Positions 15,500 to 15,661 of a stretch of 15,661 bases of DNA are shown piece by piece. How positions within the stretch are numbered: the stretch's first letter is position 1; every line of letters begins with the position of its first letter. Where the stretch lies: contig JBDRZD010000043.1 of NCBI GenBank assembly GCA_039803745.1, positions 1 through 15,661 on the forward strand, written 5' to 3'. Below the pieces are notes generated by a model, which saw only the letters and a program-made list of their open reading frames with translations, was not told the DNA's origin and did no database searches. The position numbers and the translations under genes are program-made. Origin of the DNA: a candidate division WOR-3 bacterium. GTDB lineage: Bacteria > Hydrothermota > Hydrothermia > Hydrothermales > Hydrothermaceae.

Positions 15500-15547
15500 A
15501 ATATATAATTCCATAAAATTTTAAAAGTGCAGGATTATTGAGAAAAA

Positions 15548-15661
15548 TTATATCTTCAAAATTTTAAATTTTTTCTTCTTTTCATTAACTTTTATCTCTA
15601 AAAAATAAACTCCCTTTTTAAGGTTATCTATTTCAAATTTATTTATACCTGAATTTAATTT
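15548..15661 (-). CDS. 3' end of a gene truncated by the window; T9SS type A C-terminal sorting domain-like
   Basis: Manual translation KLNSGINKFEIDNLKKGVYFLEIKVNEKKKKFKILKI-stop; LxxGVYF plus terminal K-hydrophobic-K pattern. Confidence 0.7.
   Translation of the reverse strand, partial: KLNSGINKFEIDNLKKGVYFLEIKVNEKKKKFKILKI

Overview
Very AT-rich, densely packed bacterial core-genome window with no mobile element, CRISPR array or defence system visible. It contains: (1) an rpsT-rpmH-rnpA-yidD-yidC-jag-mnmE operon, with rpmH missed by the ORF track and rnpA needing a non-canonical start; (2) a tetrapyrrole/heme operon hemA-hemC-hemD-hemB-radical SAM on the minus strand, divergent from a small CbiX/SirB-type chelatase; (3) a DUF2914-like exported protein, ispG and a nitroreductase; (4) tRNA-Asp(GTC) followed by a COG2403 P-loop enzyme (probable arginine synthetase ArcE/cDPGS-like family), ccmC and an unannotated 32-aa ccmD-like gene; (5) an unknown polytopic membrane protein and, at the right edge, the 3' end of a gene with a T9SS-type C-terminal sorting domain. 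The most interesting signals are an atypical heme cluster (HemD with a probable decayed CobA domain, an AhbD/NirJ-like radical SAM enzyme lacking the AuxI cysteines, an inserted CbiX-like chelatase), sigma70-type promoters that consistently use an 18-bp spacer, and several apparently leaderless genes. All family assignments are from motif recognition by eye; no database searches were run.
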